From positions 1-43,042 of IMG/VR virus record IMGVR_UViG_3300009413_000016: DNA of 43,042 nucleotides; one strand, given 5' to 3'. The DNA comes from a virus. Every line of letters starts with the position of its first letter. Within the stretch, counting starts at the first letter, position 1. Positions 40,850-43,042 of this stretch are shown here, in pieces. A program made the position numbers and the translations under genes. The notes below the pieces were generated by a model that saw only the letters and a program-made list of their open reading frames with translations, ran no database searches and was not told the DNA's origin.

Positions 40850-41708
40850 TTTCTGATACTCCCTTCGCTAATGCATACCATTCGTTAGTATGAGTATCAC
40901 CTTTAAATATTACTTCGTACGCTCTGAATGTTCCATTAGCTGACGTTCTTTGCACATTTCTAAATTGCAGATTAGATAAAGATAATTGCGCGCTAGAAGC
41001 TTCTACAGTAAATAATCTTCCGGGTAATAACTTGGGATTTATTAGACTAGTAACTTCTACTCCAATTTCGGTTACAGTAGGAGAGCCTATCATTCCAGTA
41101 TTTTGATTTATCAGCACTGATTCAAGATAGTTTATCGAGGAATCACGTTCTATCACGTTGATTTCTCCGTCTTGTATATTCCATGTGAAATCATAATCTT
41201 CGGCCAGCATATCCATTATATCTTTTGTACTACCGCTTAAAGTTTGTCCTCTAAGCTTATCTGCTGGCGAATCTAAACCCTGAATTACACCTACCGTTAC
41301 CTCGTCAGAAGTTAAAGTCGAAAGCAGCTCATTTACCACATCCGCGATTTTCACGTTCTCAGATAGTGTTTTATTATATATGGCAGACTCCCAATCGCGT
41401 CCGCCATCAGCCGCATATACCGTTAGTATTCTATCTTCGCCTATTTTATTTGCATAGACATTTCTGCTTTTTCCTCTGAAGATAATACCTTCATCGCCTA
41501 AATATCCTACGCGTAAAGTAATAAGCGGGTCATCTGAAGTAAGCATTGATATTGTTTCTTGATTAGGATTATAAATATCAATTTTAGCGACATTAGGATA
41601 GCTTCTTTCACTTTTCGTTATTTCAAAAGCAATACGTAATTGAGAAATAGATTTAGTATTATTTCCCGACAGTATTAAAGAATACGACCTTTTAAATTGC
41701 CTAGCCAA
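40842..41708 (-). CDS. baseplate hub protein (gp27 / Mu gpP-like)
   Basis: 288 aa, upstream of the spike gene. Assigned by position and size. Confidence 0.5.
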   Translation of the reverse strand: MARQFKRSYSLILSGNNTKSISQLRIAFEITKSERSYPNVAKIDIYNPNQETISMLTSDDPLITLRVGYLGDEGIIFRGKSRNVYANKIGEDRILTVYAADGGRDWESAIYNKTLSENVKIADVVNELLSTLTSDEVTVGVIQGLDSPADKLRGQTLSGSTKDIMDMLAEDYDFTWNIQDGEINVIERDSSINYLESVLINQNTGMIGSPTVTEIGVEVTSLINPKLLPGRLFTVEASSAQLSLSNLQFRNVQRTSANGTFRAYEVIFKGDTHTNEWYALAKGVSESA

Positions 41709-42021
41709 TGGATTCTGCCTCCGTGTTAGTTAATTTAACTAGCAGAACATTATCACCTAAATTTGAGGCCGACGCATCTTCTTTAGGATTATCAATATTT
41801 ACGACATACATGTTATCGAGAGATATAGCATAATGCTGGACAATATCTACTCCTCCTAAAAGCGCAATTCCTTCGGCTAAAATCACAGCATTAAGGCTTA
41901 TATCCATATACCAAACTTCAGTCCGAGAATTATAAGACACAAACAAGTCATAAGTAGAGCCATTAATCGTTGCTCTAAATGACTGTGCTCCGTCAGATGT
42001 AAGTGGTATTTCTAATGCCAT
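41701..42021 (-). CDS. tail / baseplate assembly protein, unknown family
   Basis: 106-aa ORF, overlapping and tightly packed in the tail module. Confidence 0.45.
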   Translation of the reverse strand: MALEIPLTSDGAQSFRATINGSTYDLFVSYNSRTEVWYMDISLNAVILAEGIALLGGVDIVQHYAISLDNMYVVNIDNPKEDASASNLGDNVLLVKLTNTEAESIG

Positions 42022-42024
42022 GGT

Positions 42025-42630
42025 TTAAAACCACCCTGAAATTGTGTTTAGTATAGAGCTGTTCACTGTTTCTGATACAGCGTTCACCTGCTGCTTTCCT
42101 TTATCTACAACAGATGTTGCGGTTTTTGATACATCTCCAAATACATCGGACTCGGTCAAATTCAAGGTTTCTGACTCTGTCAGTATAACCTCTTCTAAGG
42201 TTAAATTAATAAACAGCGCACGAGATGAGTCTTTATCTTGTGAAGTTGAAACTCCAGTAATGACCATATTAGAATATGTTTTTAGCTTAGTTTCAACTTC
42301 AAGCGGTTCTGCGCGATTCTTTAGCTCAATAAAAGCGGCGTAAGCTTGTTGACTTCGCGTTAAGTTAGAATCATTGGAAGTGCCAAACAGGTTAGTAACG
42401 GTATTAATTATCTGGCCAATTGCCGCTGCTCCAAGAGGCGTATCAGTTATTACGCCTTGAATATTAATTATATCAGGCTGTACTATAGCATGGTCAGTAA
42501 TATCCGCACCAGCTTCAACTGGGTTTTTGGTTAATGACACAGAGCCAGTATGCTCTTCCAATAACACAGAGTCTAACTCTATGCCCCCTACGCTTCTCTT
42601 TGTCCGTATGAATAGGTTCTCAAAGGCCAT
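42025..42630 (-). CDS. tail protein downstream of the tape measure (Mu gpN position), unknown family
   Basis: 201-aa ORF; its ATG overlaps the tape measure stop. Confidence 0.45.
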   Translation of the reverse strand: MAFENLFIRTKRSVGGIELDSVLLEEHTGSVSLTKNPVEAGADITDHAIVQPDIINIQGVITDTPLGAAAIGQIINTVTNLFGTSNDSNLTRSQQAYAAFIELKNRAEPLEVETKLKTYSNMVITGVSTSQDKDSSRALFINLTLEEVILTESETLNLTESDVFGDVSKTATSVVDKGKQQVNAVSETVNSSILNTISGWF

Positions 42631-43042
42631 TACAATTCGACTCCACTATTTAAGTCTCTGGAAGCCTGTTCCCATACCGGTTCAAGCTCTCGAGCTATAT
42701 CACGCGCTATCTGCCGTGCATTACTTCTCGTTGTGCCACTTGTATCTTCGTTGCCATTAACTTCTACTTTAATTCCGCCAAGAGATATACTAGTTTGGTT
42801 ATTAATAGATTGATTTGTGTCAGACCGATTAATAGTATTTTCTGTTAAGGTGCCATCGGTTTCACCTGTGAATCCTTGAAAAGAAGCCATGTCAAAGCCA
42901 AAATCGCCGGAAGGCAAATCCTCAAATCCAAGTAATGGCATATCAAAACTTGGTAAATCTCCAACTTCTATTTGAGGAATATCAAAACTAGGTAAATCTC
43001 CAACTTCTATTTGAGGAATATCAAAACTTGGTAAATCTCCAA
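42630..43042 (-). CDS. tail tape measure protein, 3' end (continuation of 1-1530; 42945-43042 duplicates 1-98)
   Basis: The ORF-track entry 42630-42941 starts at an internal Met. The frame stays open upstream through the 39-bp repeats to the window edge. Combined non-redundant length is 1845 nt (614 aa). Confidence 0.85.
   Translation of the reverse strand, partial: GDLPSFDIPQIEVGDLPSFDIPQIEVGDLPSFDMPLLGFEDLPSGDFGFDMASFQGFTGETDGTLTENTINRSDTNQSINNQTSISLGGIKVEVNGNEDTSGTTRSNARQIARDIARELEPVWEQASRDLNSGVEL
42941..43042. repeat. 39-bp tandem repeat, copies 1, 2 and part of 3 (same array as 1-113)
   Basis: Units at 42941-42979, 42980-43018 and 43019-43042. Units differ only at one position (tt versus ta). 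Confidence 0.95.

Noticed and set aside
42941-43042. Whether the regularly spaced 39-bp repeats at both window ends could be a CRISPR array.
   Set aside because: The units are directly contiguous with no spacers, are in frame within the tape measure ORF (a 13-aa peptide repeat), and no cas genes are present.

Overview
The window is an essentially complete ~42.9-kb genome of a contractile-tailed dsDNA phage. Positions 1-98 exactly copy 42945-43042, and the tape-measure gene runs across the window junction, so the sequence is circularly closed or terminally redundant. There are two arms. The minus-strand late arm runs 13392->1 and continues 43042->34762. It encodes small and large terminase, portal, MuF-like protein, scaffold, capsid, connectors, sheath, tube, a chaperone with a -1 frameshift, tape measure, baseplate, a GC-rich beta-helix tailspike, an M15 endolysin and a holin. 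The plus-strand early/middle arm runs 14791->34673. It encodes about 20 small orphan ORFs, a primase/SF3 helicase, a PD-(D/E)XK exonuclease, an SSB, a family A DNA polymerase, MazG, VRR-NUC, an SNF2 helicase, two histone-H1-like proteins and a nucleotide-modification operon. The arms diverge at an AT-rich control region (14299-14790) and converge on a perfect 11-bp-stem bidirectional terminator (34704-34735). I found no tRNA, CRISPR array, integrase, repressor or phage RNA polymerase. The most interesting candidates are: (1) A translationally coupled operon at 31641-34673 encodes a SAM methyltransferase, a MazG-like/P-loop kinase fusion, a thymidylate-synthase homologue and a dCMP deaminase. 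The synthase homologue carries Asp at the base-specificity position, as in dCMP hydroxymethylase, which predicts C5-modified cytosine DNA, possibly with an undescribed further step. (2) An orphan 103-codon open frame with no start codon follows an in-frame A_AAA_AAG slippery site in the H1-like gene. (3) The control region has a 25-bp perfect inverted repeat forming face-to-face promoter-like elements around a near-consensus LexA box. (4) A phage-specific TGTAC(A)-N17-TATAAT promoter family has a conserved leader and drives self-contained single-gene cassettes. All family names come from motif recognition by eye; no searches were run.
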